Part shown: positions 1-11,000 of the stretch, one piece after another | How positions within the stretch are numbered: the first letter of the stretch is position 1 | Layout: every line of letters starts with the position of its first letter | Assembly: GCA_028279595.1 (NCBI GenBank) | Contig: JANQNK010000003.1 | Location: 249,087 to 313,086, forward strand | From: Thermoplasmatota archaeon | GTDB taxonomy: Archaea > Thermoplasmatota > JAKEGO01 | Length of the DNA stretch: 64,000 nt | Direction of reading: 5' to 3' | Notes under the pieces: model-generated | Seen by the model: the letters and a program-made list of their open reading frames with translations, nothing else | The model's database searches: none | Told to the model about the DNA's origin: nothing | Translations under genes and position numbers: made by a program

Positions 1-3000
1 TAAAGAACAACCTGACTGTCGCCGACGGGGTCTTCGACCCGTACGCGCGGACGACCTTGATACGGGGCAACCTCATTGTGGACGGCGAGCTCGAGATGTC
101 CCGGGCGGCGGACGAGATAATCGTCAAGGGCGACATCCATTTCAACAACGGGAGCACGACCGACGTGTCCACTGGTGTCCTGTCCTGCTGGGGCGAGTGG
201 TACATCAGGGACACAGCGGAGATGCAGTTCACTGGCAGCCACGAGAGCATCATGAACGGGTCGACGATGACATGGCACACGATGGAGTGCCACAGTCCGG
301 ACAGTCACTTCAACATGCTCTCGATCGAAAAGACTGGGAACAACGTGGAACTCGCCGGAACGGAGCCCGTGAACGTCACTGACGATCTCAGGATAGAAAT
401 GAGCGTCCAGAACCAGATATTCGACGTTTATCACGGAGGCCTTGTCGTCCATGGAGACGTCGCAGTGAACAGGGGAGGTTTCGAGTTCTGGGGCGTCGGC
501 GTGGCGGACGTCATGGGAAATGTGACCGTGGCAACGGTCGGGAAGATCCGTTTCGAGAACGTGGGACGCCTGAACGTCGGTCGGAACCTCACCCTCAACG
601 GAGACCTGTTCTTCAGCCACACCAACGGAGGCACGACCTCCGTGGATGGTATCACCTGGATCCAGAACGGCGGGCAGATCGTATACAATAGCCAGTTCGG
701 CGAGTTCCTCGCCGGGGGTGCGATCTACCTCAACAACACATGCTCGATCGACATGTCCGCTGGCAATGCATACCTGAACCAGACCCTGAACAGCTTCTTC
801 TATGTCAGGGACCTGGTCAACCTCAGGAACGACGACGCCCGCCTCAATATCGGACACATGTGGATAACTGGCGGCGGACATGTGAATTGCCATGGTTACT
901 CTCCCGAGATCGGAGTGAAGAACCACTGGTACGATTACGGGACGTTCACCCACGGTACGTCCACCGTGACCTTCACCGAGACCTGGACATTCCTATACAA
1001 CGAATTCGCCTTCTGGAACGTCGTCGTCGACAAGTTATGGAAGATGCAGCTGAGCGATGACACGACGATCAACGGGACGTTGGTGGTCGACGGCGGGACG
1101 CTGGACATCTACGACGAATCCCTCAGGGTCAACGGCAGCGGACCACTCAACTATGGAGGTACGGATTACACCGGTCTCGTCGTCCTCGACGGCGCGATCG
1201 AGATGGACGACGCAGCGGACTTCATAGAGGTCAACAGCGATGTCTACTGGGGTGCAGACTCGACGGCCATCATTACCAACGGAACCATCAACTGTACCGG
1301 CAACTGGACCTTCGCTTCCGGGTCGGATGTCAACCTGACCGGAAGGAACACCGTCAACCTCAACGGGAGTGTGAACCTGGTCTTCTCTGGAGACCTCGAC
1401 CGTTACCTCTGGACCAATTCGACATCGTCGAGTTTCAACCACCTGAACATCACCGGATGGGGGACCATTTTCGGTGACGAGGTCGTCACATGGATCGACG
1501 GTACCGAGACGGTGGTGGTCGACGGCCACCTCAGCAAGTTCGGTAGAGGTGGCGACGTGATCATGGGCTCGTCGGCGTTCGAGGTCTGGGGGAACGTCAA
1601 CATCTCCGAGGGTCTGATATGGCTCGACGGTCCGGGCTCCATCGACGTACACGGGGACCTGTTCGTCTACGATGACATCGGAGGAGTTTCCGATGACGGG
1701 ACCTTGTGGTTAGGGGCGAACGCCACAAAGACCGGCGAAGGCACAGTCGATGTGGCCGGAAGGTTCTGGACCTCGGGCAGAGTTTCGTTCCGCGGGCTTG
1801 GCGGGAACCTCACGGTTGCCGAGTACCTCACCATTGCGTCAATGGGCGGCCTGGAGTTCGTCGGGACCGCCGGGAACATCTCGACCCATACGATCTACAA
1901 GGAAGGGGGAAGCGGATTCGCGATCTACTCCAACGATACCACGATCGACGTGCACGACCTCATAGTCAACACGAGCATGGTGGTCGGGAAGCGTAAGACC
2001 CCGACATTCCTGATCTCGGGCGACTTCGACTGGGCGGGTTCCCTGTGGATCGAGCCAGGCCACTCCGAGTTCAGGCTCGATGGGACCGGGAGCCAGACAA
2101 TGGACAGCGGGTTCACCTACTGGGGCGTCGTCATCGACAAGCCGTCCGGGGATGCGGACTGGGATGGTCACATCTTCGTGGAGAGCTACTTCGCGGTACA
2201 CCGGGGCGGTTTCGAGCTGGACAACAAGGTGTTGAGGGTGTACGGCAATGGAACGACGGCGGACGGTTACTCCAGGGGGACCGGTCTCTTCCGCGGGTTC
2301 ATCGTCGAGGACGCCTACTTCAACATGACCACTGCCAATGCCAACCTGTGGGTACGGACGGTATATCTCTTCTCCGGAAGCAAGGGCAACTTCAGCGACG
2401 GTCAGATCCATTGCAACTACTACTGGTACGTCGAGGTCGGGTCGTTCATCAACATGACCGGGACGACGACATACTTCGACGGCGATCCGAGCAGTTTCCT
2501 CTATGTCTATTCCCCAGTGTTCAGCTTCTACCGCCTCATCATCGCGAAGGACAGCGTATACGCCATGACCATCGGGAGCATCCACACTCAACTAGTGGTG
2601 GTGAAGGACAACCTCACGGTGAACATGGGCGGCTACGAGGACCCGGTGAACGTCAGGGGAGACCTGTTCGTGGGCGGTCATCTCGAGGTCAGGGAAGGCG
2701 TGATGCACTTCTACGACGAGAGCAACACGAGGGTCAAGAGGGGCATGTACATCAATGGCGATGGTTCATCGAAGTTCGGTCATGCGATCGGTGGCGCGAA
2801 CCTCGACATAGGCGGGGAGCTCTCCATCGCGGGTTACGGTATGCACTTCAACGACACCGGAGGGAACGTGACAGTGGGCTGCACCACGTGGATCGATTCC
2901 GTCCTCGGCTTCAACGCCGAGAACGGGAACGTCACGACGTTCTCGACATACGAGATCGAGGTGAATGGTACTGGTATCCTTTACGTCGCATCCAACGAGA

Positions 3001-6000
3001 CCTACATCTCCACCGACCTGGACATCAGCTATTCCGGGACGATCCGGGTCGAGGACGAGGCGAAGCCGAGGTTCACTGTGCGCGATGACTGGCACTCCGG
3101 CGGCGGGACCTTCCAGTCCGGCATGAGTGAGGTCTGGTTCGAGGGGGACCTCTACCAGTACATCTCACCCGAGCGGTTCTGGATCGTCGTGATCAATAAG
3201 ACCGACTTCAACGCCTATCCATCCGGAGCGAACCTGACCATCAAGTCTTGCCTCTTCGTCCTCCAGGGGGTCTACGATGCATGGTTGCACACGACCCACG
3301 TCAACATGTCATCGCCTGGATTCCTCTACAACGGGACCTACTACACAGGTTTCGTCAACTACGGCGGAGTCCTCAGGATGACCAATACCCAGAGCGTCAT
3401 GGACATCAACGGTCCAACGGTTTGGGGTCCGATGAGCCAGGACGACATCCAGGATGGGGAGATGTACTGCAACGGTTCCTGGAACTTCACGGCCGGTTCC
3501 CAGGCGAGCCTCGACAACATCACCGTGACGTTCGACGGGAACAACTACGACACGTACTTCAACTGGGTGACCGTCCAGTCCCACAGCACGATGAGCTACT
3601 TCACGGACCTCGTCCTGTCGAGGGATTCGGGACAGGGGGTCGCTCTCGATCATCCTTCGACAGTACCCCTTCTGGTGGAGGGGGATATCGTCTCAAGTGG
3701 CAATTTCGCAGTCCTCCATTCGACCATGAACGTCACTGGCAGCTGGAACCAGACTGCAGGGCTCCTCATGGTGAACACGGAATTCTGGAACGTGGTCGGA
3801 ACGACCCACCTGTTCATCGGCGGTGATCTGTACGTTCAATCCGGTGCTACCCTCTATTACCAATCCAATTACTTCAACAGCACCATAGAATGTGCGGACC
3901 TGGTGATAAATGGAACTCTCACGGTCTCCTCGATGCTACACCAGAACTGGCTGAACGCGAGCGGGTCATCGGTCATCAGCGGGATCGCCAACATATTCGG
4001 TCTCGGAGCCTGGAACACAGGCGGAACACTGACCATCGCCACGGGAGCCTCAGTCTACGTTTCCGGAAACAGATACCACATCAATGCATCACTATCCGTG
4101 ATTCTGCAAAGCGGTACCAACACAAGGCTCTACTCCGACGGCGTACACCTGAGGGCGGGAGCCTATTTCTCCCTCTTCGGCACGCTAGACTGCGATGGCT
4201 TTACCCCCGAGATACATGTCGGCGCCGACTGGTCGTCCAGTCCGGGAGCCACCTTCGATCCGGGAGAGAGCACGGTCTTCTTCGAGGGCACTGGTGTAAG
4301 CACTACCATCGACAACACCGAGAGGTTCCACAACATCCACGTCGACATCGTATCAAGGAACCTCACCCTCGTGACGGGCGACATATCATGTCACGACCTG
4401 AACCTGACCTCGGGGACGATCGAGCTCGACGATCACAGCCTGACGGTCCGAAACGACTTCTTCGGTCACGATAGGTTCGAGATGGACGGCGATATCTGGT
4501 TCAACGTCAGCGGCAACGTCAACTGGCACAACGGGAGTGTTGCTGATATCATCCGGGGCTCCTGCATCGTTTCCGAGGACCTCTTGATAGATAACGGAGC
4601 AGACGTAACCTACGGACCATCGTCACTCCTGAGGTTCAACAGCAGCAGAACGAGCCGATGGTTGAACAACGATCCAGGATCGGACTTCGGCGATGTCGAG
4701 ATCAACAAATCGAGCCGTCTGTATGCCGTCCGGGGCTATACGATATACATGGACAGCCTCGCTGTCAACAACAAGGGATCCCAACTCCAGATACACCTGC
4801 AAACGCAACGCATCGTCGTTGATGGAGACCTTGAACTCATACGGGGAACACTCAACCCGCACACTAATTCGAATGTCACAGTGAACGGGACATTGACATG
4901 CCATAATCGATCATTCCTCGATCTCGAATGGACAACCCTCAATGCAGATACCCTCATCATCGATGGGAAGATGTACCTCAATGGTACTTCAGGCGATGTC
5001 TGGGTCGGTGGCTCTGCATACATCCCGGGAAGCGAGATCATTTGGAACAGGGTCTCCGATATGATCGTCCTTGGTGATATGTGGGTCAACATCACGGGCA
5101 TCGTGAACATGAGTGCCTCCTCCGGCTACCTCGAGATATTCGGGGACCTCAACATATACGGCCTCGTCGATCTGTCCAACGATTACGCCACCCTGACCGT
5201 GCATGGAGACCTGCAGGTCTGGCCACTTGGCGGCGGGACACTCAGAGTAAGGGACAATGCGGAACCGGATATCTATCTGTACGGTCACTTCAACGGCCTC
5301 GGACCGGCCTCTGTCTTCGAACCAGGCCATTCGGTATTCCATCTGATGGGCCCCAACTATCAGAGCCTCGAGGACCGGTTCGATTACTGGGGCGTCGTGG
5401 TCGAGAAGAACGGCTCATACGCGCGGTTCGAGGGGAACCCGGGAAACACCGCCCACATCCGATCGTTCCTTGTGATCGAGACGGGAACGTTCAACCTGAT
5501 GGACGCTTCTGTCATGGTCAATTCCAGCGGCAGCGGTCACTCGATATGGCCAGACTCCTTCGTGGGTTTCGCGAACTACGGTGGATACTTCGTCATGTCG
5601 AACGAGAACGGGTCCCTGGATGTCAATGGACCCGTCTACTGGGGCGATACCTCCACCGAATACATCACTGATGGCGACATCCACGTATCTGGCAATTGGC
5701 ACATAGAGAGCGGAGCCCTCATGACCCTGACCGACAAGAACCATGTGCATTTCGATGGGAACGAGTCTGCGATGTACTACGGATACGCCAACGGCTCCCA
5801 GTTCCGGAACGTCACCGTCGAGAAGGACCCGACCCTTGCCCTGACCTTCGGGGGCGGGATCATGAACGTCACCCACACATTGACGATCGATTCGACGGCT
5901 GGTATCGACGTCTGGAACTCGACCCTCGAGGCATTCGGCATCGTCCACGACGATGGCGAGTTGAACGTCTCAGGACCTGACGGAGAGCTGTACGTCTGGG

Positions 6001-7817
6001 ACACCATCGCGATGGACAGTACCTCTACTCTGTCCATGAGCAACGATTCCTATGCCTACATCAAGGACTTCACGGGAATGGGCACGATCTGGCTCGGGAA
6101 CAGGACGAACCTGACGATAGTGGACGATCTGTGGATGCCCACCGGAACCCTGAATCCAGGGAGGTCCGTCGTACACTTCACGGGAGGAGCAGCCACGAGC
6201 ATCGATATCGGTGGGTCCTTCCACGACCTCACCGCGGATAAATCCGGGATAACCCAGGTCGGTCTGAACGACGAGACCTTCATCGAGGGCGACCTGACTA
6301 TACTGATGGCCGCCTTCTACCCGCAGGCTCACAACATCCACATCGGCGGCGACTTCTACTGCTCACCCTCCGCGTGGTTCGCCCAGGCCTCATCCGATCC
6401 GGGAGAGGTGATATTCAATGGCATGAAGGTCCAGTACCTCAGGTCCGGCGGAACGAACTCCAACCACGACTTCCAGAACATCACGGTCAAGGGAACCGGC
6501 ACCGAGGTCCGTGTCGTCGATCACTCGATGTCGATAACTGACAGACTGACGATCGGGAGCGGGACCGAGTTCAGGTTCGCCGCTGACAACGAGACGTTCT
6601 ACACCGGATCCGGCGGCGTGATCAATGATGGCGTGTTCAGGGTCATCTCAGACCACGGTCCCATCGATTTCGAGGTCTATGCAGGAAGCGACATCATCAA
6701 CAACGGGTCGATGCACCTCGTGGATGCGTCATGGACAAGAGCAATTCATGTCTACTCCTCGTCACCGGGGACGCAGTGGAACCTGATCGACAACACCGCC
6801 TCCAAATCGGTTCCGAACGTCTTCCACGCGAACGTCTCGGACTCCGACGCCACAGGTGGGAACACCATCTATGCTGGCAGCGGGTACAACCATGACGACG
6901 GGAACAACGACAACTGGGTGTTCAGCGCCCGCATCAACCTCTGGTTCCACGACAACGACGGATACTCGATGAACCTCACCGTTTACAGGTTCGACAGTCC
7001 GGTGACCATCTCCGGGACCACCGGAATCTGGGACTGGGCCGACGAGAACAGAACCGCCACGCTCCAGGATGAGTACGTCATCACCACGAACGAGGAGAGG
7101 TACTACACCGAGGACACCACATCATGGACGGTGACGTCCGAGATCAACGCGGACGTATACTACTACCGACAATGGAGGCCGTCGATCACGCTCGACGGGA
7201 CCGACACCAGTCACACGGTCGGAGCATACTACACCGCTCTAGGCGGTACTACCAGCCAATCCAGCCAACACACCTCATGGTCGAGGTGGGTCGACAACGG
7301 CACTGCGCTGAGCTTTGACAAGGACGCCTCCGGGACGCCGGCTAGACATACAAGCGAAGACTTCAGTGCGTCCCCGTGGGACCCCGTTGGCTCTGCGTTC
7401 ACGCGGACCGTTTCCTATTCAGGGAACGACGTGCCGGAGCTCTACAACGGATCGATGGACCCGTCCGGAGGGAACGTCACGACCATGTTCAACTTCACGG
7501 TCGAGTACTGGGACGCGGACAACGACACGCCTTTGTTCGTCTATGTGAACATCGACGGGACGAACTACAGCATGGACAAGGTCGACTCAGGCGATAACGA
7601 CTACACTGACGGCTGCGAATACTACTACGAGACCCTTCTGTCTGGCGGAGACCACGACTACTACTTCATCTGCAACGACTCGTATGCAACGAACCAGACA
7701 TCTACAGAGAACACCGGTACGATCATTCCCGAGTTCGGGATCCTGCCAGTGATGATCTCGATGATGGCCGTTGGCGCAGCAATATCCTGGAGGCGGAGGA
7801 GAAAGGGTCTCCGATGA
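1..7817 (+). CDS. Giant PEF-CTERM surface glycoprotein with beta-solenoid-like repeats (5'-partial, >2600 aa)
   Basis: The frame is open from base 3 (KNNLTVADGVFDP...), so the true start lies upstream of the window. Recurring blocks such as YWGVVIDK / YTGFVNYGG / GPVYWG..S / C.GNW.F..GS and many N-x-S/T sequons. Ends IIPEFG + hydrophobic helix + WRRRRKGLR. Confidence 0.9.
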   Translation, partial: KNNLTVADGVFDPYARTTLIRGNLIVDGELEMSRAADEIIVKGDIHFNNGSTTDVSTGVLSCWGEWYIRDTAEMQFTGSHESIMNGSTMTWHTMECHSPDSHFNMLSIEKTGNNVELAGTEPVNVTDDLRIEMSVQNQIFDVYHGGLVVHGDVAVNRGGFEFWGVGVADVMGNVTVATVGKIRFENVGRLNVGRNLTLNGDLFFSHTNGGTTSVDGITWIQNGGQIVYNSQFGEFLAGGAIYLNNTCSIDMSAGNAYLNQTLNSFFYVRDLVNLRNDDARLNIGHMWITGGGHVNCHGYSPEIGVKNHWYDYGTFTHGTSTVTFTETWTFLYNEFAFWNVVVDKLWKMQLSDDTTINGTLVVDGGTLDIYDESLRVNGSGPLNYGGTDYTGLVVLDGAIEMDDAADFIEVNSDVYWGADSTAIITNGTINCTGNWTFASGSDVNLTGRNTVNLNGSVNLVFSGDLDRYLWTNSTSSSFNHLNITGWGTIFGDEVVTWIDGTETVVVDGHLSKFGRGGDVIMGSSAFEVWGNVNISEGLIWLDGPGSIDVHGDLFVYDDIGGVSDDGTLWLGANATKTGEGTVDVAGRFWTSGRVSFRGLGGNLTVAEYLTIASMGGLEFVGTAGNISTHTIYKEGGSGFAIYSNDTTIDVHDLIVNTSMVVGKRKTPTFLISGDFDWAGSLWIEPGHSEFRLDGTGSQTMDSGFTYWGVVIDKPSGDADWDGHIFVESYFAVHRGGFELDNKVLRVYGNGTTADGYSRGTGLFRGFIVEDAYFNMTTANANLWVRTVYLFSGSKGNFSDGQIHCNYYWYVEVGSFINMTGTTTYFDGDPSSFLYVYSPVFSFYRLIIAKDSVYAMTIGSIHTQLVVVKDNLTVNMGGYEDPVNVRGDLFVGGHLEVREGVMHFYDESNTRVKRGMYINGDGSSKFGHAIGGANLDIGGELSIAGYGMHFNDTGGNVTVGCTTWIDSVLGFNAENGNVTTFSTYEIEVNGTGILYVASNETYISTDLDISYSGTIRVEDEAKPRFTVRDDWHSGGGTFQSGMSEVWFEGDLYQYISPERFWIVVINKTDFNAYPSGANLTIKSCLFVLQGVYDAWLHTTHVNMSSPGFLYNGTYYTGFVNYGGVLRMTNTQSVMDINGPTVWGPMSQDDIQDGEMYCNGSWNFTAGSQASLDNITVTFDGNNYDTYFNWVTVQSHSTMSYFTDLVLSRDSGQGVALDHPSTVPLLVEGDIVSSGNFAVLHSTMNVTGSWNQTAGLLMVNTEFWNVVGTTHLFIGGDLYVQSGATLYYQSNYFNSTIECADLVINGTLTVSSMLHQNWLNASGSSVISGIANIFGLGAWNTGGTLTIATGASVYVSGNRYHINASLSVILQSGTNTRLYSDGVHLRAGAYFSLFGTLDCDGFTPEIHVGADWSSSPGATFDPGESTVFFEGTGVSTTIDNTERFHNIHVDIVSRNLTLVTGDISCHDLNLTSGTIELDDHSLTVRNDFFGHDRFEMDGDIWFNVSGNVNWHNGSVADIIRGSCIVSEDLLIDNGADVTYGPSSLLRFNSSRTSRWLNNDPGSDFGDVEINKSSRLYAVRGYTIYMDSLAVNNKGSQLQIHLQTQRIVVDGDLELIRGTLNPHTNSNVTVNGTLTCHNRSFLDLEWTTLNADTLIIDGKMYLNGTSGDVWVGGSAYIPGSEIIWNRVSDMIVLGDMWVNITGIVNMSASSGYLEIFGDLNIYGLVDLSNDYATLTVHGDLQVWPLGGGTLRVRDNAEPDIYLYGHFNGLGPASVFEPGHSVFHLMGPNYQSLEDRFDYWGVVVEKNGSYARFEGNPGNTAHIRSFLVIETGTFNLMDASVMVNSSGSGHSIWPDSFVGFANYGGYFVMSNENGSLDVNGPVYWGDTSTEYITDGDIHVSGNWHIESGALMTLTDKNHVHFDGNESAMYYGYANGSQFRNVTVEKDPTLALTFGGGIMNVTHTLTIDSTAGIDVWNSTLEAFGIVHDDGELNVSGPDGELYVWDTIAMDSTSTLSMSNDSYAYIKDFTGMGTIWLGNRTNLTIVDDLWMPTGTLNPGRSVVHFTGGAATSIDIGGSFHDLTADKSGITQVGLNDETFIEGDLTILMAAFYPQAHNIHIGGDFYCSPSAWFAQASSDPGEVIFNGMKVQYLRSGGTNSNHDFQNITVKGTGTEVRVVDHSMSITDRLTIGSGTEFRFAADNETFYTGSGGVINDGVFRVISDHGPIDFEVYAGSDIINNGSMHLVDASWTRAIHVYSSSPGTQWNLIDNTASKSVPNVFHANVSDSDATGGNTIYAGSGYNHDDGNNDNWVFSARINLWFHDNDGYSMNLTVYRFDSPVTISGTTGIWDWADENRTATLQDEYVITTNEERYYTEDTTSWTVTSEINADVYYYRQWRPSITLDGTDTSHTVGAYYTALGGTTSQSSQHTSWSRWVDNGTALSFDKDASGTPARHTSEDFSASPWDPVGSAFTRTVSYSGNDVPELYNGSMDPSGGNVTTMFNFTVEYWDADNDTPLFVYVNIDGTNYSMDKVDSGDNDYTDGCEYYYETLLSGGDHDYYFICNDSYATNQTSTENTGTIIPEFGILPVMISMMAVGAAISWRRRRKGLR

Positions 7818-8005
7818 GGTCGTGTCGGTCCCGAGCTCGTCCGTTCTGATCTCAACGAATCTGCTGCACCTATTTCGGGGTAAACCGCAGATCCGTCTGG
7901 ATCGGACATGAGTTCGTCAGGCCAACGAGGTCTTAAGTGTCCGATCTCTCCCACCCGCCCATCGTGACCCGTGCAGGTGAGAGTCCATCGACGTTGTGTC
8001 CAGTC

Positions 8006-8023
8006 TATAACAGTTATATAACT
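8006..8023 (+). promoter_or_regulatory. Putative BRE/TATA promoter of the second PEF-CTERM gene
   Basis: aacagTTATATAAct AT island in a GC-rich context about 75 bp before the ATG. agttatataact (8012-8023) is a perfect palindrome. GGGTGA RBS-like motif just before ATG 8096. Confidence 0.6.
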
Positions 8024-8095
8024 TCGAATCGATACCCATCCAGGTGACCGTCGGGTGGTCTGGGGTATCGCCCGGTCGGTTGAACGGGTGATGAT

Positions 8096-11000
8096 ATGAG
8101 GATGCTCAGAGCGATATTGTGCTTGATGCTTGTTCTAGCAGTCGTTGTAGTGCTGGCCCCTATGAGTGCTGAGGCAGAGACCAAGGTCTGGACCGGTTCC
8201 ACCAACACGGCCTGGGCCCAGGGGAACAACTGGAATCCGACGGGGGTGCCGGGTTCGACGGACGTGGTGTACATCCCGGACGTGTCGAACGATCCGGTGG
8301 TCCAGGCAGACGCCACGGTCAAGATGGTCCAGATCAACGACTCGGCGGTGCTGACCATCGACGGGGCGACGTTCAATGTGACCAACCGGATCATCATCAA
8401 GAGCGATGTGGCGGACGGCTCTCTCGAACTGTCGAACGACCTCAACGGTGTCAACGTCGAGAGCATATACAACTACGGGTCCATACTCGTCAATTCCGGG
8501 AGGACCCCGATGGTGAACCTCAGCCATCTCTATTCCTACAGTGGATCGACGATCAAGAGCGGGTTCTCGACCTTCACCTTCGTGGGAGCGGGTAACAACA
8601 CTGCATACATGGACGTTATCGATCCACTCTACAACGTCATTATCGACGCGCCCACTGCAACTCTCATGATGAACGGGACCTATGGCCTGGACGCCGATGG
8701 TCAATTTCGAATAATCGACGGCAAGCTGGACCCCACAGGGAAGGAGATGGTCGTCTCATATCTCTACTGTTACGATGAGATAGAGATGGAGACCGGCGAC
8801 TGGCTCCATGTGACAGGAGATGCCAACTTCTACAACGGCTCGTACCTGCACGGAGACAACGGGACCCTGACGATCGATGACGACCTCTACATCGGCAGGG
8901 GCTCGACGATCGAGCTCGAGGGCTCCCACCATTTCAATATCACCGAGTTCCACTGGGGCTCGAACCTCAACCTCCATGAGGATTCAGCCCAATTCAACGA
9001 TGTGACGATCGACAAGGGATACGGACACGTCGCTCTGAACACCAACATGACGATCAACGGGACCCTCACCGTCTCTCGCGGGGTCTTCAAGGTTATCGAT
9101 GTGGATTCCCTCTCGGTCAGGTATCTTGTTGTACATTCCAACGGCCACGTCCAGCAGTCACGGGATTCGAACGTCACGGTTACGGAAGATGTCTCCCTCT
9201 ACTCCGGGAGCAGATATGAGCTCGGTAACGGCACGAACGACTGGCACGGCGGAAGCCTCGCCATCGGGAGGGACATCGACATCAGCGGTCGTCTCTGGCT
9301 CTTCGGGAGGGGTGGTGAGATCGTCCTTACCCGTCACATGCGAATATATGGTTCCGGAAACCTGACGTTCTATGGAGGGAACCTCACGACCGTTGGTCCT
9401 TCCTCCGGTGCATACACGTACGGAGGCAGCGATACCTACATCCATTCCTCCAACACGACCATCACATTCGACACCTACACCCATTACGCCGGATGCAGAT
9501 GGTGGGTCAACCGATCGGCAAGCCCGACCATCGTATTCAAGAGCTACATATACAACGCCGGAACGGTGACCGCCTACACTCCAGGCCTCAGCACGATCGT
9601 TGCCTATGGTAACTATGTCGCATCGAACCTGGACTCCGACATCCCCGTCCGGAACCTCGTCATAAACAAGACCTCAGGTCACTTCAAGCCCTCGTACGGG
9701 CCTGGAACGTTGAACATCAGCGGATCCCTACTGCTCATCGACGGAGAGCTCGACATCAGGGGTGAGGAAGGTTACAACATAGTCGTCAACGGTTCGGATG
9801 GCATCATGCACGAAGGCCAAATGTATCGTGGGTTCGCCAACATCGGAGGGGAGCTGCTCATGGAGACCTGGAACGACTCGCTCGAGGTCTCGGGCGGTGT
9901 CTACTGGGGTCCAGACAGCGAGGCGACCGTTGACACAGGATGGATCCACTGCCGTGGGAACTGGACCTTCGCAGCCGGATCGAGCATCAACCTCACCGGC
10001 AATAACACGGTCCGTTTCTTCGGCGGGATGATGGGATACAGCTACCAGCTGTGGATGAACTCGTCGGCCTCAAGCTTCTGCAACGTGCTACATGGCATGG
10101 GGATGACGTCAAGCTTTGTCAATGGGACCGTACCGATGGTCATCGATAACAATTTGACCTTTACCAGCCTCAACGCCATGTTCGTCGAGGATGGCGCCGA
10201 ACTGATCGTGTGGGGAGACGCCAACGTCACTTCGATCCTCTACGTGAACGAGGGAGGTGATGTCTACATCCACGGGAACCTCACTGTAGCAGGGGGACCA
10301 GGGCGACTCGACTTCGGCCTCAACTCCACCTCGGACTATGGGGGTTCTCTGCACGTAAACGGGTGGATGTCGGTCTGGAATCCCGTCAACTTCTACATGG
10401 ACGGCGGGAATCTCACCGTCGATGGGAACGCAACGATACATCGTACTGGATACATCATGTTCAAGACCCATGGTGGGAACATGAGCGCGGGGAACATCTC
10501 CATCAATGATGGAGGTGCTTTAAGGATCTACACTACCAATACGACCATCGACACCGCCCAGTTGAGGAGCTACGGCGAACTCAACATCAGCAACAGTGTG
10601 AGACCTGTCCTGCGTATCAGCGGACGCTTCAACTGGTTGAACGGGGACTTCAGACTGGGCCGTTCCGAGGTCAGGGCCGTGGGGACCAGCGATCAGAGGT
10701 TCGAGGACAGTCACCCGTACTGGGGCCTCGTCATCGACAAGCCGTCCGGTAACCTTACATTCGAGGCACCGTTCCCGATCGTGGCCCAGTCGTACATCGG
10801 CGTCGCACAGGGTACTTTAGCGGTGGGTGGTTACACGATACAATGCGAGGGCGAGGGATCCTTCGGCACCGATGGTTACGTCATTGGAGTGAATCGGTAC
10901 CCTGGATTCATAATGGACGGCGGGGTCCTGGACATGAACCACACATCGGGCGTCCTTGAGGTCGATCGGTTCCTCCGCTGGTTCGATGGGACTGCGAATG

